From the NCBI RefSeq assembly GCF_009914755.1, contig NC_060933.1: a DNA stretch of 64,000 nt. One strand, written 5' to 3'. The position numbers and the translations under genes are program-made. The notes below the pieces were generated by a model. It searched no databases and had not been told where the DNA came from. It saw nothing but the letters and a program-made list of their open reading frames with translations. Source of the DNA: the human T2T-CHM13v2.0 reference genome, Homo sapiens. Shown here one piece after another: positions 14,101-26,800 of this stretch (the first letter of the stretch is position 1; every line of letters begins with the position of its first letter).

Positions 14101-17100
14101 GGAATGGAATGGAATCAACCCGAGTGCAATGGAATAGAGTGGAATGGAATGGAACAACCCGAATTGAGTGGAATGTAATGGAGAGTAAGGGAGTTGAATA
14201 GAATCAATCCGAATGTAATGGAATAGAATGCAACGGAATGGAATGGAATGGAATGGAATGGAATGCAATGCAATTGAATCAACCCGAGTACAATGGAATG
14301 GAATGGAATGGAATGGAATGGAATCGAATGGAATGGAATCGTTCCGAGTGGAATAGGAGGGAATGTATTCGAGTGGAATGGAAAGGAATGGTATCAACCA
14401 GAGTGGAATGGAAGGTAATGGAATGGAATGGAAACTAATAGAATGGAATCAACCCGAGTGGAATGGAATGGAAAGGACTGGAATGGAATGGAATGGAATG
14501 GAATGGAATCAACTCGATTGTAATGGAATGGAATGGAATGGAATGGAATGGATTGGAATTAACCCGAATACAATGGAATGGAATGGAATGGAACGGAATG
14601 GAGTGGAATGGAATGGAATCAACCCGAGTGCAGGGGAATGGAATGGAATGGAATGCAATGGAATGGAATCATCCGGAATGGAATGGAATGGAATGGAATG
14701 CAAAGCAATGGAATCAACTCGATTGCAATGGAATGGAATGGAATGGAAAGGAATACATTGGAATCAACCCGAGTGGAATGCAATGGAAAGGACTGGAATG
14801 GAGTGGAATGGAATGGAATGGAATGGAATGGAATCAACTCGATTGGAATGGAATGGAATGGAATGGAATTAACCCGAATAGAATGGAATGGAATGGAATG
14901 GAACGGAACGGAATGGAATGGAATGGAATGGAATGGAATGGAATGGAAGGGAATCAACCCGACTGCAGGGTAATGGAATGGAATGGAATGCAATGGAATG
15001 GATTCAACTTGAATGGAATGGAAAGAATGGAATCAACACGAGTGGAATGGCATGGATTGGAATGGAATGGAATGGAATCAACCCGAGTACAGGGGAATGG
15101 AATGGAATGGAATGCAATGGAATGGAATCATCCGTAATGGAATGGAAAGGAATGGAATGGAATGGAATAGAATGGAATGGAATCAACTCGATTGCAATCG
15201 AATGGAATGGAATGGAATTAACCCGAATAGAATGGAATGGAATGGAATGGAATGGAATGGAACGGAACGGAACGGAATGGAATGGATTGGAATGGAATAG
15301 AATGGAATGGAATGGAATGGAAAGGAATGGAATGGAATGGAATGGAATGGAATGGAATGGAATGGAATCAACGCGAGTGCAGGGGAATGGAATGGAATGG
15401 AATGCAATGGAATGGAATCTTCCGGAATGGAATGGAATGGAATGGAATGGAATGGAATGGAATAAACCCGAGTGCAATGGAATGGAGTGGAATGGAATGG
15501 AATGGAATGGAACAACCCGAATGGAATGGAATGTAATGGAGAGTAAGGGAGTTGAATAGAATCAATCCGAATGTAATGGAATGGAATGGAACGGAATGGA
15601 ATTGAATGGAATGGAATGGAATGCAATGGAATGGAATCAACCCGAGTGCAATGGAATGGAGAGGAATGGAATGGAATGGAAAGGAAACTACCCGAATGGA
15701 ATGGAATGTAATGGAGTGTAAGGGAATTGAATAGAATCAATCCGAATGTAATGGAATGGAATGGAACGGAATGGAATGGAATGGAATGGAATGGAATGGA
15801 ATGGAATGGAATGCAATGGAATGGAATCAACCCGAGTACAATCGAATGGAATCGAATGGAATGGAATGCAATGGAATGGATTCAACTTGAATGGAATGGA
15901 AAGAATGGAATCAACACGAGTGGAATGGCATGGATTGGAATGGAATGGAATGGAATCAACCCGAGTACAGGGGAATGGAATGGAATGGAATGCAATGGAA
16001 TGGAATCATCCGTAATGGAATGGAAAGGAATGGAATGGAATGGAATGGAATGGAATGGAATGGAATGGAATGGAATCAACTCGATTGCAATCGAATGGAA
16101 TAGAATGGAATTAACCCGAATAGAATGGAATGGAATGGAATGGAACGGAATGGAACCGAATGGAATGGAATGGAATGGAATGGAATGGTATGGAATGGAA
16201 AGGAATGGTACGGAATAGAATGGAATGGAACGAATTGTAATGGAATGGAATTGAATGGAATGGAATGGAATGGAATGGAATCAACGCGAGTGCAGGGGAA
16301 TGTAATGGAACGGAATGCAATGGAATGGAATCATCCGGAATGGAATGGAATGGAATGGAATGGAATGGAATGGAATGGAATGGAATCAACCCGAGTGCAA
16401 TGGAATAGAGTGGAATGGAATGGAATGGAATGGAACAACCCGAATGGAGTGGAATGTAATGGAGAGTAAGGGAGTTGAATAGAATCAATCCGAATGTAAT
16501 GGAATGGAATGCAACGGAATGGAATGGAATGGAATGGAATGGAATGCAATGGAATTGAATCAACCCGAGTACAATGGAATGGAATGGAATGGAATGGAAT
16601 GGAATGGAATGGAATCGTTCCGAGTGGAATAGGAGGGAATGTATTCGAGTGGAATGGAAAGGAATGGTATCAACCAGAGTGGAATGGAAGGGAATGGAAT
16701 GGAATGGAAACTAATAGAATGGAATCAACCCTAGTGGAATGGAATGGAAAGGACTGGAATGGAATGGAATGGAATGGAATCAACTCGATTGTAATGGAAT
16801 GGAATGGAATGGAAACTAATAGAATGGAATCAACCCGAGTGGAATGGAATGGAAAGGACTGGAATGGAATGGAATGGAATGGAATCAACTCGATTGTAAT
16901 GGAATGGAATGGAGTGGAATGGAATGGATTGGAATTAACCCGAATACAATGGAATGGAATGGAACGGAATGGAGTGGAATAGAATGGAATCAACCCGAGT
17001 GCAGGGGAATGGAATGGAATGGAATGCAATGGAATGGAATCATCCGGAATGGAATGGAATGGAATGGAATGCAAAGCAATGGAATCAACTCGATTGCAAT

Positions 17101-17600
17101 GGAATGGAATGGAATGGAAAGGAATACATTGGAATCAACCCGAGTGGAATGGAATGGAAAGGACTGGAATGGAGTGGAATGGAATGGAATGGAATGGAAT
17201 GGAATCAACTCGATTGGAATGGAATGGAATGGAATGGAATTAACCCGAATAGAATGGAATGGAATGGAATGGAACAGAACGGAATGGAATGGAATGGAAT
17301 GGAATGGAATGGAATGGAATGGAATGGAATGGAATCAACCCGACTGCAGGGTAATGGAATGGAATGGAATGCAATGGAATGGATTCAACTTGAATGGAAT
17401 GGAAAGAATGGAATCAACACGAGTGGAATGGCATGGATTGGAATGGAATGGAATGGAATCAACCCGAGTACAGGGGAATGGAATGGAATGGAATGCAATG
17501 GAATGGAATCATCTGTAATGGAATGGAAAGGAATGGAATGGAATGGAATGGAATGGAATGGAATGGAATGGAATGGAATCAACTCGATTCCAATCGAATG
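14100..17600 (+). repeat. ~2.3-2.4 kb offset duplication (14.1-15.2 kb vs 16.4-17.6 kb); related third copy at ~21.7-23.7 kb
   Basis: Shared private variants GGTATCAACCAGAG (~14390, ~16666, ~22023) and GACTGCAGGGTAATGG (~14961, ~17342, ~22608). ORFs 15013/17394 are offset 2381 and 15013/22660 are offset 7647. Confidence 0.8.
16706..16915 (+). repeat. 105 bp tandem duplication
   Basis: GGAAACTAATAG...AAAGGACTGG...CAACTCGATTGTAAT starts at both 16706 and 16811; it is single-copy in the paralog at 14.43 kb. Confidence 0.85.
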
Positions 17601-20600
17601 GAATGGAATGGAATTAACCCGAATAGAATGGAATGGAATGGAATGGAACGGAACGGAATGGAATGGAATGGAATGGAATGGAACGGAATGGAATGGAATG
17701 GAATGGAATGGAATCAACGCGAGTGCAGGGGAATGGAATGGAATGGAATGCAATGGAATGGAATCTTCCGGAATGGAATGGAATGGAATGGAATGGAATG
17801 AAATGCAATGGATTCAACTCGATTGCAATGGAATGGAATAGAATGTAATGGAATGGAATGGAATGGAATTAATCCGAATAGAATGGAATGGAATGGAATG
17901 GAACGGAATGCAATGGAATGGAATCATCCGGAATGGAATGGAATGGAATGCAATCGAATGGAATCAACCCGAGTGCAATGGAATGGAGTGGAATGGAATG
18001 GAATGGAATGGAACAACCCGAATGGAATGGAATGTAATGGAGAGTAAGGGAGTTGAATAGAATCAATCCGAATGTAATGGAATGGAATGCAACGGAATGG
18101 AATGGAATGGAATGGAATGGAATGCAATGGAATGGAATCAACCCGAGTACAATGGAATGGAATGGAATGGAATGGAATGGAATGGAATGGAATGGAATGG
18201 AATGGAATGGAATCGTTCCGAGTGGAATAGGAGGGAATGTATTCGAGTGGAATGGAAAGGAATGGAATCAACCAGAGTGGAATGGAAGGGAATGGAATGG
18301 AATGGAATGGAATGGAATGGAATGGAATGGAATGGAATCAACTCGATTGCAATCGAATGGAATGGAATGGAATTAACCCGAATAGAATGGAATGGAATGG
18401 AATGGAACGGAACGGAATGGAATGGAATGGAATGGAATGGAACGGAAAGGAATGGAATGGGATGGAATGGAACGGAATGGAATGGAATGGAATCAACGCG
18501 TGTGCAGGGGAATGGAATGGAATCGAATGGAATGGAAAGGAATGGAATGGAATCAACCCGAGTGCAGGGGAACGTAATGGAATGGAATGCCATGGAATGG
18601 AATCATCCGGAATGGAATGGAATGGAATGGAATGGAATCAACCCGAGTGCAATGGAATGGAGTGGAATGGAAAGGAATGGAATGGAACAACCAGAATGGA
18701 ATGGAATGTAATGGAGAGTAAGGGAGTTGAAAAGAATCAATCCGAATGTAATGGAATGGAATGGAACGGAATGGAATGGAATGGAATGGAATGGAATGGA
18801 ATGGAATGGAATGGAATGGAATGCAATGGAATGGAATCAACCCGAGTACAATGGAATGGAATGGAATGGAATGGAATGGAATGGAATGGAATGCAATGGA
18901 ATGGAATCTTCCGGAATGGAATGGAATGGAATGGAATGGAATGGAGTGGAATGCAATGGATTCAACTCGATTGCAATGGAATGGAATAGAATGGAATGGA
19001 ATGGAATGGAAAGGAATTAAACCGAATAGAATGGAATGGAATGGAATGGAACGGAACAGAACGGAACGGAACGGAACGGAGTGGAATGGAATGGAATGGA
19101 ACGGAACGGAACGGAATGGATGGAATGGAATGGAATGGAATGGAATCAACGCGAGTGCAGGGGAATGGAATGGAATGGAATGCTATGGAATGGAATCTTC
19201 CGGAATGGAATGGAATGGAATGGAATGGAATGAAATGCAATTGATTCAACTCGATTGCAATGGAATGGAATAGAATGGAATGGAATGGAATGGAATGGAA
19301 TTGAATTAACCCGAATACAATGAAATGGAATGGAATGGAACGGAATGGAACGGAATGGAATGGAATGTAATGGAATGGAATGGTATGGAATGGAATGGAA
19401 TGGTACTGAATAGAATGGAATGGAACGAATTGTAATGGAATGGAATTGAATGGAATGGAATGGAATGGAATGGAATCAACGCGAGTGCAGGGGAATGTAA
19501 TGGAACGGAATGCAAAGGAATGGAATCATCCGGAATGGAATGGAATGGAATGGAATGGAATGGAATCAACCCGAGTGCAATGGAATGGAGTGGAATGGAA
19601 TGGAATGGAATGGAACAACCCGAATGGAATAGAATGTAATGGAGAGTAAGGGAGTTGAATAGAATCAATCCGAATGTAATGGAATGGAATGCAACGGAAT
19701 GGAATGGAATGGAATGGAAAGGAATGGAATGGAATGCAATGGAATGGAATGGAATGCAATGGAATGGAATCAACCCGAGTACAATGGAATGGAATGGAAT
19801 GGAATGGAATGGAATGGAATGGAATGCAATGGAATGGAATCTTCCGGAATCGAATGGAATGGAATGGAATGGAATGCAATGGATTCAACTCGATTGCAAT
19901 GGAATGGAATAGAATGGAATGGAATGGAATGGAATAGAATTAAACCGAATAGAAAGGAATGGAATGGAATGGAACGGAACGGAACGGAACGGAACGGAAC
20001 GGAGTGGAATGGAATGGAATGGAATTGTATGGAATGGAATGGAATGGTACGGAATAGAATGGAATGGAAAGAATTGGAATGGAATGGAATCGAATGGAAT
20101 GGAATGGAATGGAATGGAATCAACCCGAGTGCAGGGGAATGTAATGGAACGGAATGCAATGGAATGGAATCATCCGGAATGGAATGGAATGGAATTGAAT
20201 GGAATGGAATGGAATGGAATCAACCCGAGTGCAATGGAATGGAGTGGAATGGAATGGAATGGAATGGTACAACCCGAATGGAATGGAATGTAATGGAGAA
20301 TTAGGGAGTTGAATAGAATCAATCCGAATGTAATGGAATGGAACGGAATGGAATGGAAAGGAATGGGATGCAATGGAATGGAATGGAATGGAATGCAATG
20401 GAATGGAATCAACCCAAGTACAATGGAACGGAATGTAATGTAATGTAATGTAATGTAATGGAATGGAATGGAATGGAATGGGATCAACCCGAGTGCAATG
20501 GAAGGGAGAGGAATGGAATGGAATGGAATGGAAACTACCCGAATGGAATGGAATGCAATGGAGTGTAAGGGAATTGAATAGAATCAATCCGAATGGAATG

Positions 20601-22749
20601 GAATGGAATGGAACGGAATGTAATGGAATGGAATGGAATGGAATCAACCCGAGTGCAGGGGAATGGAATGGAAAGGAATGCAATGGAATGGAATCATCCG
20701 GAATGGAATGGAATGGAATGCAATGGAATGGAATGGAATGGAATCAAACCGAGTGCAATGGAATGGAGTGAAATGGAAGGGAATGGAATGGAAACAACCA
20801 GAATGGATTGGAATATAATGGAGTGTAAGCGAATTGAATAGAATCAATCTGAATGTAATGAAATGGAATGGAACGGAATGGAATGGAATGGAGTGGAATG
20901 GAATGGAATGGAATGCAATTGAATGGATTCAACTTGAATGGAATGGAAAGAATGGAATCAACACGAATGGAATGGCATGGATTGGAATGGAATGGAATGG
21001 AATCAACCCGAGTACAGGGGAATGGAATGGAATGGAATGGAATGCAATGGAATGGAATCATCCGTAATGGAATGGAAAGGAATGGAATGGAACGGAATGG
21101 AATGGAATGGAATGGAATGGAATCAACTCGATTGCAATCAAATGGAATAGAATGGAATTAACCCGAATAGAATGGAATGGAATGGAATGGAACGGAACGG
21201 AACGGAATGGAATGGAATGGAATGGAATGGAATGGAATGGAATGGAACGGAACGGAAGGGAATGGAATGGAATGGATTCAACACGAGTGCAGGGGAATGG
21301 AATGGAATGGAATGCAATGGAATGCAATCTTCCGGAATTGAATGGAATGGAATGGAATGGAATGAAATGCAATGGATTCAACTCGATTGCAATGGAATGG
21401 AATAGAATGGAATGGAATGGAATGGAATGGAATTAATCCGAATAGAATGGAATGGAATGGAATGGAACGGAATGGAACGGAATGGAATGGAATGGTATGG
21501 GATGGAATGGAATGGTACGGAATAGAATGGAATGGAACGAATTGTAATGGAATGGAATTGAATGGAATGGAATGGAATGGAATGGAATCAACGCGAGTGC
21601 AGGGGAATGTAATGGAACGGAATGCAATGGAATGGAATCATCCGGAATGGAATGGAATGGAATGGAATGGAATGGAATGGAATGGAATGGAATCACCCCG
21701 AGTGCAATGGAATGGAGAGGAATGGAATGGAATGGAATGGAACAACCCGAATGGAGTGGAATGTAATGGAGAGTAAGGGAGTTGAATAGAATCAATCCGA
21801 ATGTAATGGAATGGAATGCAACGGAATGGAATGGAATGGAATGGAATGGAATGCATTGGAATTGAATCAACCCGAGTGCAATGGAATGGAATGGAATGGA
21901 ATGGAATGATACGGAATAGAATGCAATGGAACGAAATGGAATGGAATGGAATGGAATGGAATGGAATGGAATCGTTCCGAGTGGAATAGGAGGGAATGTA
22001 TTCGAGTGGAATGGAAAGGAATGGTATCAACCAGAGTGGAATGGAAGGGAATGGAATGGAATGGAAACTAATAGAATGGAATCAACCCGAGTGGAATGGA
22101 ATGGAAAGCACTGGAATGGAATGGAATGGAATGGAATCAACTCGATTGTAATGAATGGAATGGAATGGAATGGAATGGAATGGAATTAACCCGAATACAA
22201 TGGAATGGAATGGAATGGAACGGAATGGAGTGGAATGGAATGGAATCAACCCGAGTGCAGGGGAATGGAATGGAATGGAATGCAATGGAATGGAATCATC
22301 CGGAATGGAATGGAATGGAATGGAATGGAATGGAATGCAAAGCAATGGAATCAACTCGATTGCAATGGAATGGAATGGAATGGAAAGGAATACATTGGAA
22401 TCAACCCGAGTGGAATGGAATGGAAAGGACTGGAATGGAGTGGAATGGAATGGAATGGAATGGAATGGAATCAACTCTATTGGAATGGAATGGAATGGAA
22501 TGGAATGGAATTAACCCGAATAGAATGGAATGGAATGGAATGGAACGGAACGGAACGGAATGGAATGGAATGGAATGGAATGGAATGGAATGGAATGGAA
22601 TCAACCCGACTGCAGGGTAATGGAATGGAATGGAATGCAATGGAATGGATTCAACTTGAATGGAATGGAAAGAAAGGAATCAACACGAGTGGAATGGCGT
22701 GGATTGGAATGGAATGGAATGGAATCAACCCGAGTACAGGGGAATGGAA

Positions 22750-23835
22750 TGGAATGGAATGCAATGGAATGGAATCATCCGTAATGGAATGGAAAGGAAT
22801 GGAATGGAATGGAATAGAATGGAATGGAATCAACTCGATTGCAATCGAATGGAATGGAATGGAATTAACCCTAATAGAATGGAATGGAATGGAATGGAAC
22901 GGAACGGAACGGAATGGAATGGATTGGAATGGATTGGAATGGAATGGAATGGAACGGAATGGAATGGAATGGAATAGAATGGAATGGAATGGAATGGAAT
23001 GGAATGGAATCAACGCGAGTGCAGGGGAATGGAATGGAATGGAATGCAATGTAATGGAATCTTCCGGAATGGAATGGAATGGAATGGCATGGAATGGAAT
23101 GGAATGGAATGGAATGGAATAAACCCGAGTGCAATGGAATGGAGTGGAATGGAATGGAAAGGAATGGAACAACCCGAATGGAATGGAATGTAATGGAGAG
23201 TAAGGGAGTTGAATAAAATCAATCCGAATGTAATGGAATGGAATGGAACGGAATGGAATTGAATGGAATGGAATGGAATGCAATGGAATGGAATCAACCC
23301 GAGTTCAATGGAATGGAGAGGAATGGAATGGAATGGAATGGAAACTACCCGAATGGAATGGAATGTAATGGAGTGTAAGGGAATTGAATAGAATCAATCC
23401 GAATGTAATGGAATGGATTGGAACGGAATGGAATGGAATGGAATGGAATGGAATGCAATGGAATGGAATGGAATGGAATGCAATGGAATGGAATCAACCC
23501 GAGTGCAATCGAATGGAATCGAATGGAATGGCATGCAATGGAATGGATTCAACTTGAATGGAATGGAAAGAATGGAATCAACACGAGTGGAATGGCATGG
23601 ATTGGAATGGAATGGAATGGAATCAACCCGAGTACAGGGGAATGGAATGGAATGGAATGCAATGGAATGGAATCATCCGTAATGGAATGGAAAGGAATGG
23701 AATGGAATGGAATGGAATGGAATGGAATGGAATCAACTCGAATGCAATGGAATGGAATGGAATGGAATTAACCCGAATAGAATGGAATGGAATGGAATGG
23801 AATGGAACGGAACGGAATGGAATGGAAGGGAATGG
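22750..23835 (+). repeat. Super-repeat copy A, segment 1 (matches ~44410-45500, offset ~21662)
   Basis: Private variants GCAATGTAATGGAATCTTCC, GTTGAATAAAATC, CCCGAGTTCAATG, GGCATGCAATG and CAACTCGAATGC are shared. ORFs 23010/44672 and 23413/45075 are offset 21662. Confidence 0.85.
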
Positions 23836-23839
23836 AATG

Positions 23840-26800
23840 GAATGGAATGAGATGGAATGGAATGGAATCGTTCCGAGTGGAATAGGAGGGAATGTATTCG
23901 AGTGGAATGGAAAGGAATGGAATCAACCAGAGTGGAATGGAAGGGAATGGAATGGAATGGAAACTAATAGAATGGAATCAACCCGAGTGGAATGGAGTGG
24001 AAAGGACTGGAATGGAATGGAATGGAATGGAATCAACTCGATTGTAATGGAATGGAATGGAATGGAATGGAATGGAATGGAATGGAATGGAATGGAATGG
24101 AATCAACCCGAGTGCAATGGAATGGAGTGGAATGGAATGGAATGGAATGGAACAACCCGAATGGAATGGAATGTAATGGAGAGTAAGGGAGTTGAATAGA
24201 ATCAATCCGAATGTAATGGAATGGAATGGAACGGAATGGAATTGAATGGAATGGAATGGAATGCAATGGAATTGAATCAACGCGAGTGCAATGGAATGGA
24301 GAGGAATGGAATGGAATGGAATGGAAACTACCCGAATGGAATGGAATGTAATGGAATGGAATGCAAAGGAATGGAATCAACCCGAGTGGAATGGCATGGA
24401 ATGGAACGAAATGGAATGGAATGGAATGGAATCAACTCGAGTGGAAAGGAATGGAATGGAATGGAAAGGAATGGAATGAAATCAACTCGAGTGGAATGGA
24501 ATGGAATGGAATAGATTGGAATGGATTGCAACGGAATGAAATGGAATGGAATGGAATGGAATCAATCATTCCGAGTGGATTGTAAGGGAATGTAATGGAG
24601 TGGAAAGAAGGGAATGGAATCAACCTGATTGGAATGCAAGGCAATGGAATGGAATGGAAAGGAATGGAATGGAATCAACTCGATTGCAAAGGAATGGAAT
24701 GGAATGGAATGGAATGGAATGGAATGGAATGGAATTAACCGGAATAGAATGGAATGCAATGGAATGGAACGGAATGGAATGGAATGGAAGGTAATAGAAT
24801 CAACACGAGTGCAGGGGAATGGAATGGAATGGAATGCAATGGAATGGAATCATCCGGAATGGAATGGAATGGAATGGAATCAACTCCATTGCAATGGAAT
24901 GGAATGGAATAGAATGGAATGGAATTAACCCGAATAGAATGGAATGCAATAGAATGGAATGGAACGGAACCGAATGGAGTGGAATGGAATGGAATGGAAT
25001 CAACCTGAGTGCAGGGGAATGGAATGGAATGGAATGCAATGGAATGGAATCATCCGGAATGGAATGGAATGGAATGGAATGGAATCAAACCGAGTGCAAT
25101 GGAATGGAGTGAAATGGAATGGAATGGAATGGAAACAACCAGAATGGATTGGAATATAATGGAGTGTAAGGGAATTGAATAGAATCAATTTGAATGTAAT
25201 GAAATGTAATCGAACGGAATGGAATGGAATGGAATTGAATCGAATGGAATGGAATGGAATGGAATCAACCCGAGTGCAATGGAATGGATTCGAATGGAAT
25301 GGAATGGAGTGGATTGGATTCTACCCGAATGGAATGGAAAGGAATAGAATCAACCCGAGTGGAATGGCATGGAATGGAATGGAATGGAATGGAATGGAAT
25401 GGAATGGAAAGGAATGGTTCGGAATAGAATGGATTGGAACAAAATGGAATGGAATGGAATGGAATGGAATGGAATAGAATGGAATGGAATGGAATGGAAT
25501 CAAGTCGATTGCAATGGAATAGAATGGAATGGAATGGAACGGATTGGAATGGAATGGAATGGAATGGAATTAAATGGAATGGAATGGAATGGAATCAACC
25601 CGAGTGCAGGGGAAAGGAACGGAATGGAATGCAATGGAATGGAATCAACCCGAGTGGAATGGCATGGAATGGAATGCAATGGAATGGAATGGAATGGAAT
25701 CAACTCGAGTGGAAAGGAATGGAATGGAATGGAAAGGAATGGAAGGAAATCAACTCGAGTGGAATGGAACGGAATTGAATGGATTGGAATGGATTGCAAT
25801 GGAATGAAATCGAATGCAATGGAATGGAATCAATCATTCCGAGTGGAATGGAAGGGAAAGTAATGGAGTGGAAAGAAGGGAATGGAATCAACCCGAGTGG
25901 AATGCAAGGCAATGGAATGGAATGGAAAGGAATGGAATGTAATCAACTCGATTGCAAAGGAATGGAATGGAATGGAATGGAATGGAATGGAAAGGAATGG
26001 AATCAACTCGATTGCAATCGAATGGAATGGAATGGAATGGAATTAACCCGAATAGAATGGAATGGTATGGAATGGAACGGAACGGAATGGAATGGAACGG
26101 AATGGAATGGAACGGAACGGAATTTAATGGAATGGAATGGAATGGAATGGAATGGAATCAACACGAGTGCAGCGGAATGGAATGGAATGGAATGCAATAG
26201 AATGGAATCTTCCGGAATGGAATGGAATGGTATGGAATGGAATGAAATGCAATGGATTCAACTCGATTGCAATGCAATGGAATAGAATGGAATGGAATGG
26301 AATGGAATGGAATTAATTCGAATAGAATGGAATGGAATGGAATGGAACGGAATGTAACGGAATGGAATGGAATGGAATGGAATGGAATGGTATGGAATGG
26401 AATGGAATGGTACGGAATAGAATGGAATGGAACGAATTGTAATGGAATGGAATTGAATGGAATGGAATGGAATGGAATGGAATCAACGCGAGTGCAGGGG
26501 AATGTAATGGAACGGAATGCAATGGAATGGAATTATCCGGAATGGAATGGAATGGAATGGAATGGAATGGAATGGAATGGAATCAACCCGAGTGCAATGG
26601 AATGGAGTGGAATGGAATGGAATGGAATGGAACAACCTGAATGGAATTGAATGAAATGGAGAGTAAGGGAGTTGAATAGAATCAATCCGAATGTAATGGA
26701 ATGGAATGCAACGGAATGGAATGGAATGGAATGGAATGGAATGCAATGGAATGGAATCAACCCGAGTACAATGGAATGGAATGGAATGGAATGGAATGGA

